From: an uncultured virus (IMG/VR IMGVR_UViG_3300028844_005252)
Taxonomy: Duplodnaviria > Heunggongvirae > Uroviricota > Caudoviricetes
Virus record (IMG/VR): IMGVR_UViG_3300028844_005252
DNA: 64,000 bases
Direction: 5' to 3' (one strand)
The position numbers were made by a program, and so were the translations under genes. The first letter of the stretch is position 1; the number at the start of each line of letters is the position of its first letter. Below, piece by piece: positions 8,564 to 18,433 of the stretch. The notes under the pieces were generated by a model. It did not search any database, was not told where the DNA came from, and saw only the letters and a program-made list of their open reading frames with translations.

Positions 8564-10659
8564 CTATACACACCTTTTTTATCATCTCTCCTTAACCAAG
8601 GAAGACCCTTGGATACCATATGCTTCAAACCCCAACCCAATTTCTTGGGGTTCACATCGCGGAGGAGAATTTCAACACCGGTTACTTTACTCAAATGCTT
8701 GAGGAGTTCCGAACAGGTGCCAACCCATTCTTCTCCTTTTTCAAGCTGAGAATCTCTGAATATTTCTAAAAGCTCAACGATATGGGAATACCTACCATCA
8801 GCGTGTGAAAGAGCCTCGATCACGGGTGAAAGGTAAGCCTTTACCCCAAACCTAAAATCTTTGTGCTCATCGGGAATTTTATAATCCCTCAACCACGCAC
8901 AAAAATGAGGTAGCTCTTTTAACATGACACTAAGCCAACCTTCATAAAATCCGGTAAACTTTTCGCAGTTAAAAACCATCAACTTATCGCGAGTACTCAT
9001 ATCTAAGTCGGGTAGCATCCTCATTGACATCGGATCGTTATTACATGTGATACTCAATCTACCGCACCAAAATACTCGACCCGATTTCTTAAACTTTGCG
9101 TTAACAACGAATGTGTCATTCGCTACAAACTCCTTAATCTTAGATGAGAATTTAACATGCGACTCACCGCTAGCTCCGGCTTCATCATCAACCGTCCATA
9201 AACCACTTTCAAAAAGATGGTCATTGAATTCGGTTCTGCCTACTAAGTATTCCGAACACTTTATATGGCCACCAAAAATTGTGGCTAGAAGTTTAGTGTT
9301 CCACATAGTTTTACCGCAGTTGCTAGGGCCTACTAAAATATGGCAGTGGCCTTTCTTGGGGACGCCTTTTAAGAATCCCTGATAAGCATAAGCTAACCAA
9401 GACTGTTCCCAGGGAAGTTGATCTTTACCGAACATCCCCTCAGCCCACTCGGCTATAAAAGGAAAATCTTCACCCCACTTTTTAGATTTATCCGAAGGGT
9501 GCCGCGGTGCAATTCGTGAAGTGTTAAAGTAACGCTTGCCCTCAAAATTAACTATTACATTTTTATCAAATACAAAAGGTACTGCGGATTCGACACGCTT
9601 AACCGTTTGAACTTGATGCAACGCTTTATTTGCTTCGGACAGAACATCACCGCGCATTCTTTGGTTACTTAAATTATGACGGGCTTGAAGATCTAAAAAC
9701 GCTTCTTCTTTAGCAGCCGTTATAAAATTACCGGTGTCTTGCTCGATGTGGTAATTCTTACCATCGTACCAGTACTTCTCGATACACTGACCTATTCTTC
9801 CAATTTCAAATTGAGATACAAAACGGGATCCTAAAATGTCAGCCCAAGTATAAAACGGTTTGTCGGCACTAAAGCATTGCATACCCTCAGCCCTGACAAT
9901 ACACGCGGTTGGATTCCAATCAGAGTTAGCCCCTGGCCCCCAAAACCAAATACCCCGTGAACCTTCTTGGAAAGCTCCAGTCCATAAATTAGGAAACTGT
10001 TTCTTAACTTCTTCGTAAACTAATTCTAATGGTATAATAGTGCCACTGCCGTCAAAGTCTTCGGCTCGGCTAGTTTCGTATTGCCAATAATGAAGTGTAC
10101 TAGATGGGATCTTTATGTCGGAAACTTTCTTCCAATCTATACCTAAATTATAATATGTGTGAGGATTAGAAAATGCCGGTTTGTCAAAGCCACGACATAG
10201 CTTATCAAGTTCCAATTCTGCTGAGATTCTCTGAAGCAACCTTTTAGTAGCTTTAGACCCATGGAGCATAATTGGTTTTTCAAATTCCCATGTAGCGTGA
10301 ACACCACCGGAATAAGATCGTGAGACGCGGGTACACGGGTACTGTAAATCGATCATCCGTTTCATCACATCTGTAAACTCATCATCACTTAACTTAGCGT
10401 CCCAATCAGCGGTCACCGAATGTAGGTACATTGGTGGATTCTGAGAGGTGACCCGTTGGCTAGGGTCGACACCTTCAGATCCGCAATAAAGTAAATACTT
10501 AGTTGTAGGAAAAGCTATCCACTGGCGAAACTTAGCTTTAGATTCAAAATTAGGAAGCTCAATCTCCTCATTCCAAGGATCTCTTTCTTCAACGATGTGA
10601 GCGGAAACATTGGGAATACAAAAATACTTAGTAGACATTAGACATCCTCCCAACTTCAA
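8542..10659 (-). CDS. Primase-helicase (N-terminal primase, C-terminal SF3/DUF5906-like helicase)
   Basis: ADWD...SYSGGVH primase-like motifs, Walker A GPSNCGKT, Walker B VDDE, motif C ITCNN. Confidence 0.75.
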   Translation of the reverse strand: MKLGGCLMSTKYFCIPNVSAHIVEERDPWNEEIELPNFESKAKFRQWIAFPTTKYLLYCGSEGVDPSQRVTSQNPPMYLHSVTADWDAKLSDDEFTDVMKRMIDLQYPCTRVSRSYSGGVHATWEFEKPIMLHGSKATKRLLQRISAELELDKLCRGFDKPAFSNPHTYYNLGIDWKKVSDIKIPSSTLHYWQYETSRAEDFDGSGTIIPLELVYEEVKKQFPNLWTGAFQEGSRGIWFWGPGANSDWNPTACIVRAEGMQCFSADKPFYTWADILGSRFVSQFEIGRIGQCIEKYWYDGKNYHIEQDTGNFITAAKEEAFLDLQARHNLSNQRMRGDVLSEANKALHQVQTVKRVESAVPFVFDKNVIVNFEGKRYFNTSRIAPRHPSDKSKKWGEDFPFIAEWAEGMFGKDQLPWEQSWLAYAYQGFLKGVPKKGHCHILVGPSNCGKTMWNTKLLATIFGGHIKCSEYLVGRTEFNDHLFESGLWTVDDEAGASGESHVKFSSKIKEFVANDTFVVNAKFKKSGRVFWCGRLSITCNNDPMSMRMLPDLDMSTRDKLMVFNCEKFTGFYEGWLSVMLKELPHFCAWLRDYKIPDEHKDFRFGVKAYLSPVIEALSHADGRYSHIVELLEIFRDSQLEKGEEWVGTCSELLKHLSKVTGVEILLRDVNPKKLGWGLKHMVSKGLPWLRRDDKKGVYRWIIKRE

Positions 10660-11188
10660 GTTTATGGATTAATGCCTCGACTGCTAAAACGAGATCGTTT
10701 TCGTAACATGAAACATTTTTAAATTGGTAATCAATCAAATGTTCAGCTATTCCTTGCTCCGATGGGTGAGGGTCTCTGTCGGCATAGAATGATTCATCTC
10801 TGACAACTTCTACTATCACTCCTCCCTCTTCTTGAATAGCCTCAGCCTCGTTGTTAAAGCGCACATCATCGATGATTACATTGTCCATACCATCGCCTCG
10901 GAAACGCTCTATTAAATGGTCAATCCATATTGTCTGCGACACACATTCTCTACCCCATGCCGTACCCAAACTCTGGAGTAACTGTCTTGGCGTTTTATAT
11001 CCGAACACCCAATTAGTACCCGACTCTTTGAGCTTCGGATCATTAAGCATGTCCTTGGGAATACCTAATGCGTTTAACATATCTCTAAGGGGGTCTGCAA
11101 AACTCATGGTATTGTAACCATAAGGCTCCCCCGCTTTTGCCACGGATGATTTTCCGCAACCTTTTCTACCACACAATCCTATTATCAT
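10628..11188 (-). CDS. Deoxynucleoside monophosphate kinase
   Basis: IIGLCGRKGCGKS, SFADPLR, RQLLQSLGTAWGR, DDVRFNNE, HPSE (T4 gp1/T5 dnk-like). Confidence 0.9.
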   Translation of the reverse strand: MIIGLCGRKGCGKSSVAKAGEPYGYNTMSFADPLRDMLNALGIPKDMLNDPKLKESGTNWVFGYKTPRQLLQSLGTAWGRECVSQTIWIDHLIERFRGDGMDNVIIDDVRFNNEAEAIQEEGGVIVEVVRDESFYADRDPHPSEQGIAEHLIDYQFKNVSCYENDLVLAVEALIHKLEVGRMSNVY

Positions 11189-11197
11189 ATCTCGCCT

Positions 11198-13120
11198 TTA
11201 CTTTGTATACCTCTCCATAATCACGGTGTCTGAATCAAGTGGGATATCACACCATGTCGGAGGGGTAGTCATTATTCTTTTTATGTCTTTTTTGGCTTGG
11301 TGAAGTTTTTCATTTTCAACTTCAACAACAACCTCGTCGTGAACAGTCATGACGATTTTGTAACCAAGCCTATCAATTTCAATCATGTGCTCAGAAAACA
11401 AATTCCGAGCATTTGCTTGAACCTCATTTTGAAATAGATTAGCTCCGTAATAATTACTTCTACGGGCTCCGCCTTTTTGTAACTTCGCTTTAGTCTGATC
11501 TTTTTCCTCACGGATGTTCCAAAAATTAATCATGCGGCCATTCATTAATTCGATCTGCATATCTTGGCCGTCATTTCGTGACTTATATTCCGAATCATAC
11601 TCCCGCCATATTTTGACGATTTTCGGATTTTTATCACGATAATCCATGACTTGTATGAATGCATTAACCCAATGCTTTTTCGTAGTAGCATCAGCGGCAT
11701 CAAACCACGCCAAATACTTTTTCTGATAAGAATCTAAAAAGTTAGTAAATCTTTTCTTATCACCAATAGCGTAACTGCCTTCTAAAATTTTTAATTGCCC
11801 AAAAGACTGAACGGTCTCGTAAAACTTGTGCCAACCACAACCGTATCCAAGCTGAAGAACGCGGGTCTTAGCTAGCAAGTAGAGGTCGGGATCTTCATCT
11901 TTAAGTTTACCACCCGTCCACCCCATAGTATTTATAGCATGAGCCTCATACGGATTGTAACCTTTGCGAACAAGGTCGAGAGACTTCTCGTCACCAGCAC
12001 ATGCCCAAATTAAACGGGCTTCAATTTGACTAAGGTCACTTACGATGAATGAATGACCATCGGGTGCTTTTATGCAGTTTCTAATATTAACACCGAACTT
12101 TGTGTCCCGTGGTAGGTTCTGCATATTAAAACCACCAGCTCCACTCCATCGGCCGGTAACCTCTGCACCAAAATACATGAGTGAGTAGGGCATTCTACCG
12201 TGTATGTTAATACGGCTGTGCATCGTCTTTAAAGTCTTCAGATGCTTGTTGATGCGGTTGTAGTTCTGCATATCCGCAACAAACATCAATTTGTCTTTGT
12301 ACTTAGCCAACCACTTCCCCGTTTCCTTGTCTCCCTGGGCGAGGGACTTAGGTGGTGGGATGCCTCTTTTTCTACACTCCAATGCTAATGCCTTCTTGGA
12401 GTAAACCACATAAGGTTTTTTAGTATCGGGGTCGATTTGATCGTACCAAGGAAGATTCCTTTTAGCTTCCCATAAAGCCTTTTCCAACTTATCAATACCC
12501 GCCTCGACTGTGGGCTCACATATATTCACACCTTCCTCGCCCATCCTTATAGTCAGATCCTCAAGCTCAAGTTCGATCTCGGGAATCTGTGGGTACAGAT
12601 ATTCTAACAGTCTCCATTCGAGAACTGCATCCTGTTTTGCGTAATTAACGACATCGTCCCATTTACCTTCCGCTTTCATGTCCGCGGGAGTCTTACCTTT
12701 CATGTAATCTCTTACTTCTTTTGACATGTCCTCATCAAAAGCACCTCGCATCGCATCTTGGAGACTTCGCCCAAGCTGTAAATAACAAGACATGGCAGAA
12801 GTATCGTGCCACCCTTTAATTTCGATATCGGGCATAAGACCCATCTCGATAGCTTTAAGGGTGACGGGATAATCGAATCCTCTATTGTGGGCTACGGCAA
12901 TCCTACCTTCGAGCCTACCCCAATCAAACTCTCGGGGGTCGCCTGCCCATGATTCGTCTTTCCCGCCACCCCAAGCTAATCCCACGAGATATGGACTAAA
13001 TTGCGGGTGATTGCAGTACTCCCACGCGGTTGTACCTTTTATCGTGCAGTCTTTGTCATAGTAAGTTTCCCAGTCTATGACGAAATAGTTTTCTTTTAAA
13101 AATTGTCTTCTCGTGGTCAT
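11198..13120 (-). CDS. polA: Family A DNA polymerase with 3'-5' exonuclease
   Basis: Exo DWET, HNRGFD, YAKQD; TGRWS; motif A DLSQIEAR; motif B AKTRVLQLGYG; motif C VHDEV. Confidence 0.92.
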   Translation of the reverse strand: MTTRRQFLKENYFVIDWETYYDKDCTIKGTTAWEYCNHPQFSPYLVGLAWGGGKDESWAGDPREFDWGRLEGRIAVAHNRGFDYPVTLKAIEMGLMPDIEIKGWHDTSAMSCYLQLGRSLQDAMRGAFDEDMSKEVRDYMKGKTPADMKAEGKWDDVVNYAKQDAVLEWRLLEYLYPQIPEIELELEDLTIRMGEEGVNICEPTVEAGIDKLEKALWEAKRNLPWYDQIDPDTKKPYVVYSKKALALECRKRGIPPPKSLAQGDKETGKWLAKYKDKLMFVADMQNYNRINKHLKTLKTMHSRINIHGRMPYSLMYFGAEVTGRWSGAGGFNMQNLPRDTKFGVNIRNCIKAPDGHSFIVSDLSQIEARLIWACAGDEKSLDLVRKGYNPYEAHAINTMGWTGGKLKDEDPDLYLLAKTRVLQLGYGCGWHKFYETVQSFGQLKILEGSYAIGDKKRFTNFLDSYQKKYLAWFDAADATTKKHWVNAFIQVMDYRDKNPKIVKIWREYDSEYKSRNDGQDMQIELMNGRMINFWNIREEKDQTKAKLQKGGARRSNYYGANLFQNEVQANARNLFSEHMIEIDRLGYKIVMTVHDEVVVEVENEKLHQAKKDIKRIMTTPPTWCDIPLDSDTVIMERYTK

Positions 13121-13132
13121 TTTAAATTGGGG

Positions 13133-13178
13133 AAAAAGGCGGGGTGCTGGAGAGAAAGGAAAAAACCCCCAGCACCCC
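13133..13178 (-). terminator. Hairpin/terminator between the SSB-like gene and polA
   Basis: 10-bp stem GGGGTGCTGG/CCAGCACCCC followed by GCCTTTTT on the minus strand; long loop. Confidence 0.5.
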
Positions 13179-13216
13179 TATGGAATGAATCTAACTAATC
13201 TATAAACCTAGTGGAA

Positions 13217-13885
13217 TTACATGAACTCCCCTAAGAATGCTTGAAACTCCTCGGTATTACCTCCGGATCGCTTCAAAGTGTTTACCCAATATGAACCTTT
13301 TGCTCCGTCCACTTTCTTAGGCTCCATAGTGAAACTTCCACCACGGATATTGTTTTTAAGAAAGGTACTGTCAGCGGTCACGATAGGTTTAGCGGCTGTT
13401 GCGTAACTAGTACCTTTAATTCTCCAAGCGCAGAACATGAAGTTGTTACCTTCAAATTCATATGGGAACTGCTGTGGGTCTGCATTTTCAGGCCCATGTA
13501 CACAGATCATAGTGTCCATAAGTGCGTTGGCCGATGGTCGCTGGTTATCAACCCATTTAAGGCTGAGACCGGCTTCCAGTAGTTCTTCCTCTGTGTCAAA
13601 GAATCGTGAAGTCTCGTCAGCCCCATAAGGGACATACTCAACATATGATTTCTTATAACTCATTACGGTTACGGTTGCCGGCTTATCAATCTCGTACTCG
13701 TTATCGATTACAAGTTTGCCCTTCTGCCAATCACCCCATGCTCCTGCCCCTTGGGCTAGTCGAAGCTCGGGCATAATTATATCGGAGGCTTGAAAGTCCC
13801 CCTGTGCATAAGAGCCGGTTGCGATAGCAACTTCATTCGTTTCTGTTTTTGTTTCTGTTTTTGGTTTTTCTGCTGTTTTTGGCAT
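13217..13885 (-). CDS. Putative ssDNA-binding/replication accessory protein
   Basis: SDIIMPELRLAQG N-terminal motif, located between the nuclease and polA as in many PolA phages. Confidence 0.5.
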   Translation of the reverse strand: MPKTAEKPKTETKTETNEVAIATGSYAQGDFQASDIIMPELRLAQGAGAWGDWQKGKLVIDNEYEIDKPATVTVMSYKKSYVEYVPYGADETSRFFDTEEELLEAGLSLKWVDNQRPSANALMDTMICVHGPENADPQQFPYEFEGNNFMFCAWRIKGTSYATAAKPIVTADSTFLKNNIRGGSFTMEPKKVDGAKGSYWVNTLKRSGGNTEEFQAFLGEFM

Positions 13886-14000
13886 GACTTAGTTGGTTTT
13901 TTGGTTTGGTTGTTTGTTTGTTTCAGCAATGTATAAAAAAATTATACACTGTAGTTAAAACTTAATATGCGTTGAAAGCGGGGAAGTGTGACAAAAAACT

Positions 14001-14219
14001 TCAATCATAGTTCTTTTGATGGTTGAAATCTATACACGCGTTGGCTTGATGCTCCTTACGAAGAATGTCAAAGTCCTCGTCTACCTTTTTATCAAGGTAC
14101 GCATGCATTTCCATTTGAACACTGTCCACAGCTCTTGGGCCACTGGACGCAAGCATATCTTCCCATGTTTCGAGCTGAGTTAATAGCTCACTATAGTCGT
14201 TGGATTCTTTTTCTCTCAT
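14001..14219 (-). CDS. Hypothetical protein
   Basis: ATGA-coupled to 14216..15064. Confidence 0.5.
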   Translation of the reverse strand: MREKESNDYSELLTQLETWEDMLASSGPRAVDSVQMEMHAYLDKKVDEDFDILRKEHQANACIDFNHQKNYD

Positions 14220-15064
14220 GTTTTTGTTTTTGTTAAATAAGGTGTTCTTGAGTCTTGTTCATCGTCATCGCTGGCAATGACTCCACTCTTTAATAAGGCT
14301 AATTCAATTTTTGCTCGGGCATCTTTCTTCTCACCCCGTGGTAATTTAGATGCGTAGGCTTTCGCTAAGGCGGGTAAGGTGACCTTACACGCTTTAACAA
14401 ACTCCTCAGGTGCTAGAAGTTGCTCCAAAGCATCAAATGCGTCCTGTGCATCATTGATCTTTGCAGCCGGTGATCGGTATCTAAGATCGAAACCTGGAAT
14501 ATCATACCCCTCATCGGTAGCTAATTCTAGAGCCCTAGCATTCACGGCTGAAGTCCAGCGGTCGAGTACCATAGACACAACTTTCATCTGTCCGATGGTC
14601 GCAGGGTCGTCAATAAGTGCGGGATCCATCTTATCCAAAAGAGAAATCTCAAACTCGTCAACTTTGTCGGCGTATTTCTTAGCGATTGGCAAGAGCTTAT
14701 CAGATAGGGCAGGGCAGGTAATCCTTTCCCCACAAAATCTACAAGCCTCGGTGTCGGGATTTAACTCCTTCTTGTCAGACAAAGCTCTTTCGATAATAAG
14801 TCTAATCCGAGCAACCTTTTCCAAGATCTCTTCCCGAGTGAATGTGTGGGATAATACTTCGTTACGCCTTGGGCATACAAAATATATCTCCACAGTCTCC
14901 ACCCACTCGTATCTTTGCAGAAGTCCGATTGCATAGGCCAATGACTGCGGGTTGATGTCCGCAGGCTCAATAGCCCCGTAGCCAAACTTATAGTCTACTA
15001 ACTTAGCTAACTTAAGCGGCTTGAATAGAATTATCTCGTCCGCTGTCCCGAATATTGAACGCAT
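14216..15064 (-). CDS. Cas4-like/DUF2800 PD-(D/E)XK exonuclease, C-terminal part
   Basis: FGTAD...VDYKFG...NPQSLAYA, CRFC...CPA. Confidence 0.8.
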   Translation of the reverse strand: MRSIFGTADEIILFKPLKLAKLVDYKFGYGAIEPADINPQSLAYAIGLLQRYEWVETVEIYFVCPRRNEVLSHTFTREEILEKVARIRLIIERALSDKKELNPDTEACRFCGERITCPALSDKLLPIAKKYADKVDEFEISLLDKMDPALIDDPATIGQMKVVSMVLDRWTSAVNARALELATDEGYDIPGFDLRYRSPAAKINDAQDAFDALEQLLAPEEFVKACKVTLPALAKAYASKLPRGEKKDARAKIELALLKSGVIASDDDEQDSRTPYLTKTKT

Positions 15065-15218
15065 TGCAAAAATTTAAGAAGTTAGCATCGCAGGTAAATT
15101 CAGCCAATTGGTATAAAACTCCGTCATCTCCTTTGACTTTGTAAATCCCGTCGTGCTGTTGAACATATTTCACAGGCACTTGTTTGCGCCTCATTGTGGT
15201 TGTAAGAGTATGGGTCAT
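15012..15218 (-). CDS. Small ORF inserted within the split nuclease gene
   Basis: Starts at an ATGA overlap with the upstream fragment's stop and runs 53 nt into the downstream fragment. Confidence 0.45.
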   Translation of the reverse strand: MTHTLTTTMRRKQVPVKYVQQHDGIYKVKGDDGVLYQLAEFTCDANFLNFCNAFNIRDSGRDNSIQAA

Positions 15219-15481
15219 GTAATATCTATGGTTAGCTTGGTTTCTTTAATGACTTCGTCAGCCCCTTCCCTAAGCGGTCGCACCACATCCAAGACTTTAT
15301 TAACAAGGGCTATCTGATCTTCTGTCAGACCCTCAAAGTTCTCAGTCTCGGTGGCGTGGTGAAGAAGTGTACCTTCCTCAGCCGCGGGATTAGTCTCCCC
15401 CGAATTCCTAAAGCCCGGACAAATCTCCAGATGCTTTAAAGTACTCGGACCGAATTTGTGGTGATCAATCGGACTTGCCAT
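15215..15481 (-). CDS. Cas4-like/DUF2800 exonuclease, N-terminal part
   Basis: HHKFGPS...ICPG...AAEEGTLLH...KETKL, the usual N-terminus of this family. Confidence 0.8.
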   Translation of the reverse strand: MASPIDHHKFGPSTLKHLEICPGFRNSGETNPAAEEGTLLHHATETENFEGLTEDQIALVNKVLDVVRPLREGADEVIKETKLTIDIT

Positions 15482-15779
15482 CCGATATTTCGGCTAATTT
15501 AGTCGATAATGCGGCTAAGTTAATTTTAAGGTAAGCCAACTCCATAACAAATGGGGTCAGTACCGCCGCTAAGTGGTCAATATCTTCACCCTTAGACTCC
15601 CATTCTTTAACAGCTCTGTCGGTGCCTTTTTGCAAAGACTGTGAAAGATGAGAAGCATTTACGCTTACTAATTCTTTCATATCATCGGGTAGGTCTTCTA
15701 CATTCTTTAATGAAAGCAACAGATTCATCTCAGTGCCTTCAGGTTTTTCGGGACTTTCGTCGTCTAGTTTATATCTCAT
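15465..15779 (-). CDS. Hypothetical protein
   Basis: Co-oriented operon ORF overlapping the next gene. Confidence 0.55.
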   Translation of the reverse strand: MRYKLDDESPEKPEGTEMNLLLSLKNVEDLPDDMKELVSVNASHLSQSLQKGTDRAVKEWESKGEDIDHLAAVLTPFVMELAYLKINLAALSTKLAEISDGKSD

Positions 15780-15929
15780 GATTTATGTGTTTTATTTGTT
15801 ACTTAGAGCCGAGGTGGCTTGGTTAATTTCCCCTCTCGAGGCCAAGGTTCATCCACCTTCTGCTTGGAAAGTCTACCTTGCAGGTAGTTTTTTAGTTTGT
15901 CAAACAAAATATAAAAAAGTTTTACAATG

Positions 15930-17285
15930 TTATACAAATATAGGATTAAGGTCGTCATCATTTACTAGGTCTAGGTTATTAAGTTTCTTCTTGACGAGTG
16001 AGCATACTCTCATCTCTATTGACTCAGCCGCGAAGATTATTTTTTGAATGGCAGGACTCTTAGAGCCTGCACGGTGAATTCTACCCAAGGTCTGTCTAAG
16101 TTCAATCGCACTGAACCCTGGACTTATTAAAGATACTCTAGGATGGTTGCCATGAGTGTCATGTAAATTAATACCAACACCACCGGCTTGTATCATGCAA
16201 AGAATGATCCGTGTTTTATCTTTCTGAAATCTATCTATTTGAACCCCTCTTATCTCGTCACTCTGACCGCCTTCTACGATGGACAATGGACACAGGTCGC
16301 TGAGACGCTCCCCGATGGCATCAAGGGTATCTCTAAAATTAACAAAGATCGCTACACTGGAACCTTCTGCATAAGCATCCTTGGCAAGCTCTACAAAAGT
16401 AGGCACTTTCATCAACTCAATCTTTTGACGGGCTCGAAGCTGAATGATCAATGGGCTGTCTTCCGACTCACCATCAGCCACTCGTTGTTCAAGCTCCGAC
16501 AGCTCGAAAGCCATACTATCATAAATCGAATCAATATTGTCATCCAATCGATACCCCTCGGGAATTATTAAATTCTCGGGAAAAGAACCCTTGGGCAGAT
16601 CCGCTATTCTGATTCTAGAACCACGACCCTGCTCATAGATATGTTTATGAAATCTTTTTAGCACAGGCTTGGGGTTTTGGAACTCTAAGGAGAAGCGGCC
16701 TTTCTTACATCCGTTCTTTTGGCACCAATTCCACCAATCCTTCCCGGCATGCATATCGAGGGCGTAACCCATCGCGCGCATTTCTAAAGGATTAGAACAA
16801 CTTGTGGCACCAAGCATCAAGATCTTAAACCCCAAAGCCTTTGCGCTAATAAGCATCTTAGAATTAAGACTCTTATGGCCTTTCATCCTATGATCCTCGT
16901 CAAAAATAAGTAAAGTGTTATCGGGATCTAATGTCTTCCAACGAAAGAAGCCTTTCTTAGGTATCCAACCCCAATCAGTCTTACCACCCCGTAGTTTCTC
17001 GTAGTTAACTACATGCTCGGGGTCTCTATTAAACTTTTCCATCCACTCTTTCCACGCGGGAATAACAGCTTTGGGGCAAACTACGAACGGAGTATACCCC
17101 GTACGCTTTGCAACTTCCATCGCAATAACAGTTTTACCCGTTCCGGTGTCACTGCCATCCTTGGCAAAGCCGTTCTTGGTGATACTCTCAGTAAGTTTAT
17201 CACAATGATCCTCCTGCCAGTCGTACAAGATACTGTCCAACTTGTTTTCAGTGCTCTGCCTTATCATTCCTTCTATAGTGCTCAA
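15930..17285 (-). CDS. SF2 (SNF2-like) helicase
   Basis: DTGTGKT, VVCPK, DEDH, GATS, GGVGINL, QTLGRIHR. Confidence 0.9.
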   Translation of the reverse strand: MSTIEGMIRQSTENKLDSILYDWQEDHCDKLTESITKNGFAKDGSDTGTGKTVIAMEVAKRTGYTPFVVCPKAVIPAWKEWMEKFNRDPEHVVNYEKLRGGKTDWGWIPKKGFFRWKTLDPDNTLLIFDEDHRMKGHKSLNSKMLISAKALGFKILMLGATSCSNPLEMRAMGYALDMHAGKDWWNWCQKNGCKKGRFSLEFQNPKPVLKRFHKHIYEQGRGSRIRIADLPKGSFPENLIIPEGYRLDDNIDSIYDSMAFELSELEQRVADGESEDSPLIIQLRARQKIELMKVPTFVELAKDAYAEGSSVAIFVNFRDTLDAIGERLSDLCPLSIVEGGQSDEIRGVQIDRFQKDKTRIILCMIQAGGVGINLHDTHGNHPRVSLISPGFSAIELRQTLGRIHRAGSKSPAIQKIIFAAESIEMRVCSLVKKKLNNLDLVNDDDLNPIFV

Positions 17286-17458
17286 TGTTGAAACTCCTCT
17301 AAATCTATTTTGTCGTCTTTAGCTATCTTGTGCATCTTCCTCCTCAACTTCCGTATCGCCACCTCCTCGATCTGACGGATACGCTCACGGCTAACACCCA
17401 CAAACTCTGCTATCTCCTGCAATGTGTGAGGATTTCCCGGCTCAGCCTCCATTACCAT
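17282..17458 (-). CDS. Stand-alone sigma70 region 4 domain protein (start uncertain; frame open to 17716)
   Basis: HTLQEIAEFVGVSRERIRQIEEVAIRKLR is canonical RpoD region 4.2. Confidence 0.75.
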   Translation of the reverse strand: MVMEAEPGNPHTLQEIAEFVGVSRERIRQIEEVAIRKLRRKMHKIAKDDKIDLEEFQH

Positions 17459-17474
17459 CTGCCTAAGTTTAAGA

Positions 17475-17732
17475 TCAACTAATGTGAGCTTCTTGGCGGA
17501 CTTCTGATTCGAGTGTATGTTGATCGATTCCGAGGGCTTTTTCGAAGACTTCGGTCTTTTTTCTAAGCGTTCGGTTTTCGATGATGAGATTGTGGATGAA
17601 GTCGCCCTCGATTTCGCGGGTCGTGAACCGATGGCCGCAAGTAGAACAGCTACGGCGTCTTCTCCAGCTATCCCCAGGTCCTTGACGAGAGTCTTTGACG
17701 GATGTTCTTTTTTCACACTTAGGACACTTCAT
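17475..17732 (-). CDS. NrdR-like N-terminal zinc ribbon protein (no ATP cone)
   Basis: MKCPKC...VKDSR...RRRRSCSTCGHRFTTRE. Confidence 0.8.
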   Translation of the reverse strand: MKCPKCEKRTSVKDSRQGPGDSWRRRRSCSTCGHRFTTREIEGDFIHNLIIENRTLRKKTEVFEKALGIDQHTLESEVRQEAHIS

Positions 17733-17919
17733 TAGTTGAGTAAGCCATCTTCGACTTCTTTACACGCTCGGAAAAAGCTAAAGCCGCATTACGGGCAACA
17801 GCCTCACGCTCCTTTAATTTCTTCTCTATATTTGAGAGCCTCTCGACCAAACCGTCAACGGTGTGCTCAAGAATGTTAAGCTGGTTTTCAATCTTATTTA
17901 AATCTATATTTAATGTCAT
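17719..17919 (-). CDS. Hypothetical coiled-coil protein
   Basis: Heptad pattern, operon position. Confidence 0.5.
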   Translation of the reverse strand: MTLNIDLNKIENQLNILEHTVDGLVERLSNIEKKLKEREAVARNAALAFSERVKKSKMAYSTNEVS

Positions 17920-18080
17920 CGGTTTTCTCCTTTAATACAGCATTTATCCATGTAGCATGGGCCATGGCCTTCTTCGGGACAGCTGTGGTGTGTATGTTCG
18001 TGGCATAATAAATTCGAGCAACTAGGTGCTAAAATTATTAGGCCGGTAATGTAAGTTACTTTTAGTGCAAGCATCCCTAC

Positions 18081-18108
18081 ATCGTATGTGTTTGTTATAC
18101 AATGTCAA
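18081..18108 (-). promoter_or_regulatory. Leftward sigma70-type promoter with a palindromic operator in the spacer
   Basis: Minus strand TTGACA-N16-TACGAT. TTGTTATACAA palindrome at 18092-18102. Confidence 0.55.
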
Positions 18109-18208
18109 ATAAAATATAATAAAACAATACGATAAGGTCGAAAACCGGTGTTCAACAAAGGTTTAAAAAGTAAAAACCTGGTTCGGAGTTCTCCTCCGAC
18201 TCCTAGTC

Positions 18209-18433
18209 CTAGTTTTCGACTGAAACTGTTTCCTCGAGCTTAGCCTCGTCAAAAGATTCTTTTAAGATATAAGCTACACCGATATCAAAGAAATCTTTTT
18301 CCGTGCTTATTTCCTTACCCAAGGCTGATACTTTAACAAAAAGATCATTAGGTATAGAACATTCTACTTCTACAACTACTTTCGAGTTTGAGTTCATTCG
18401 ATAATAAATTCCTAGAAATACACGATATGTCAA
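18209..18433 (-). CDS. Hypothetical protein
   Basis: Coupled ORF in the leftward operon. Confidence 0.4.
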   Translation of the reverse strand: MTYRVFLGIYYRMNSNSKVVVEVECSIPNDLFVKVSALGKEISTEKDFFDIGVAYILKESFDEAKLEETVSVEN

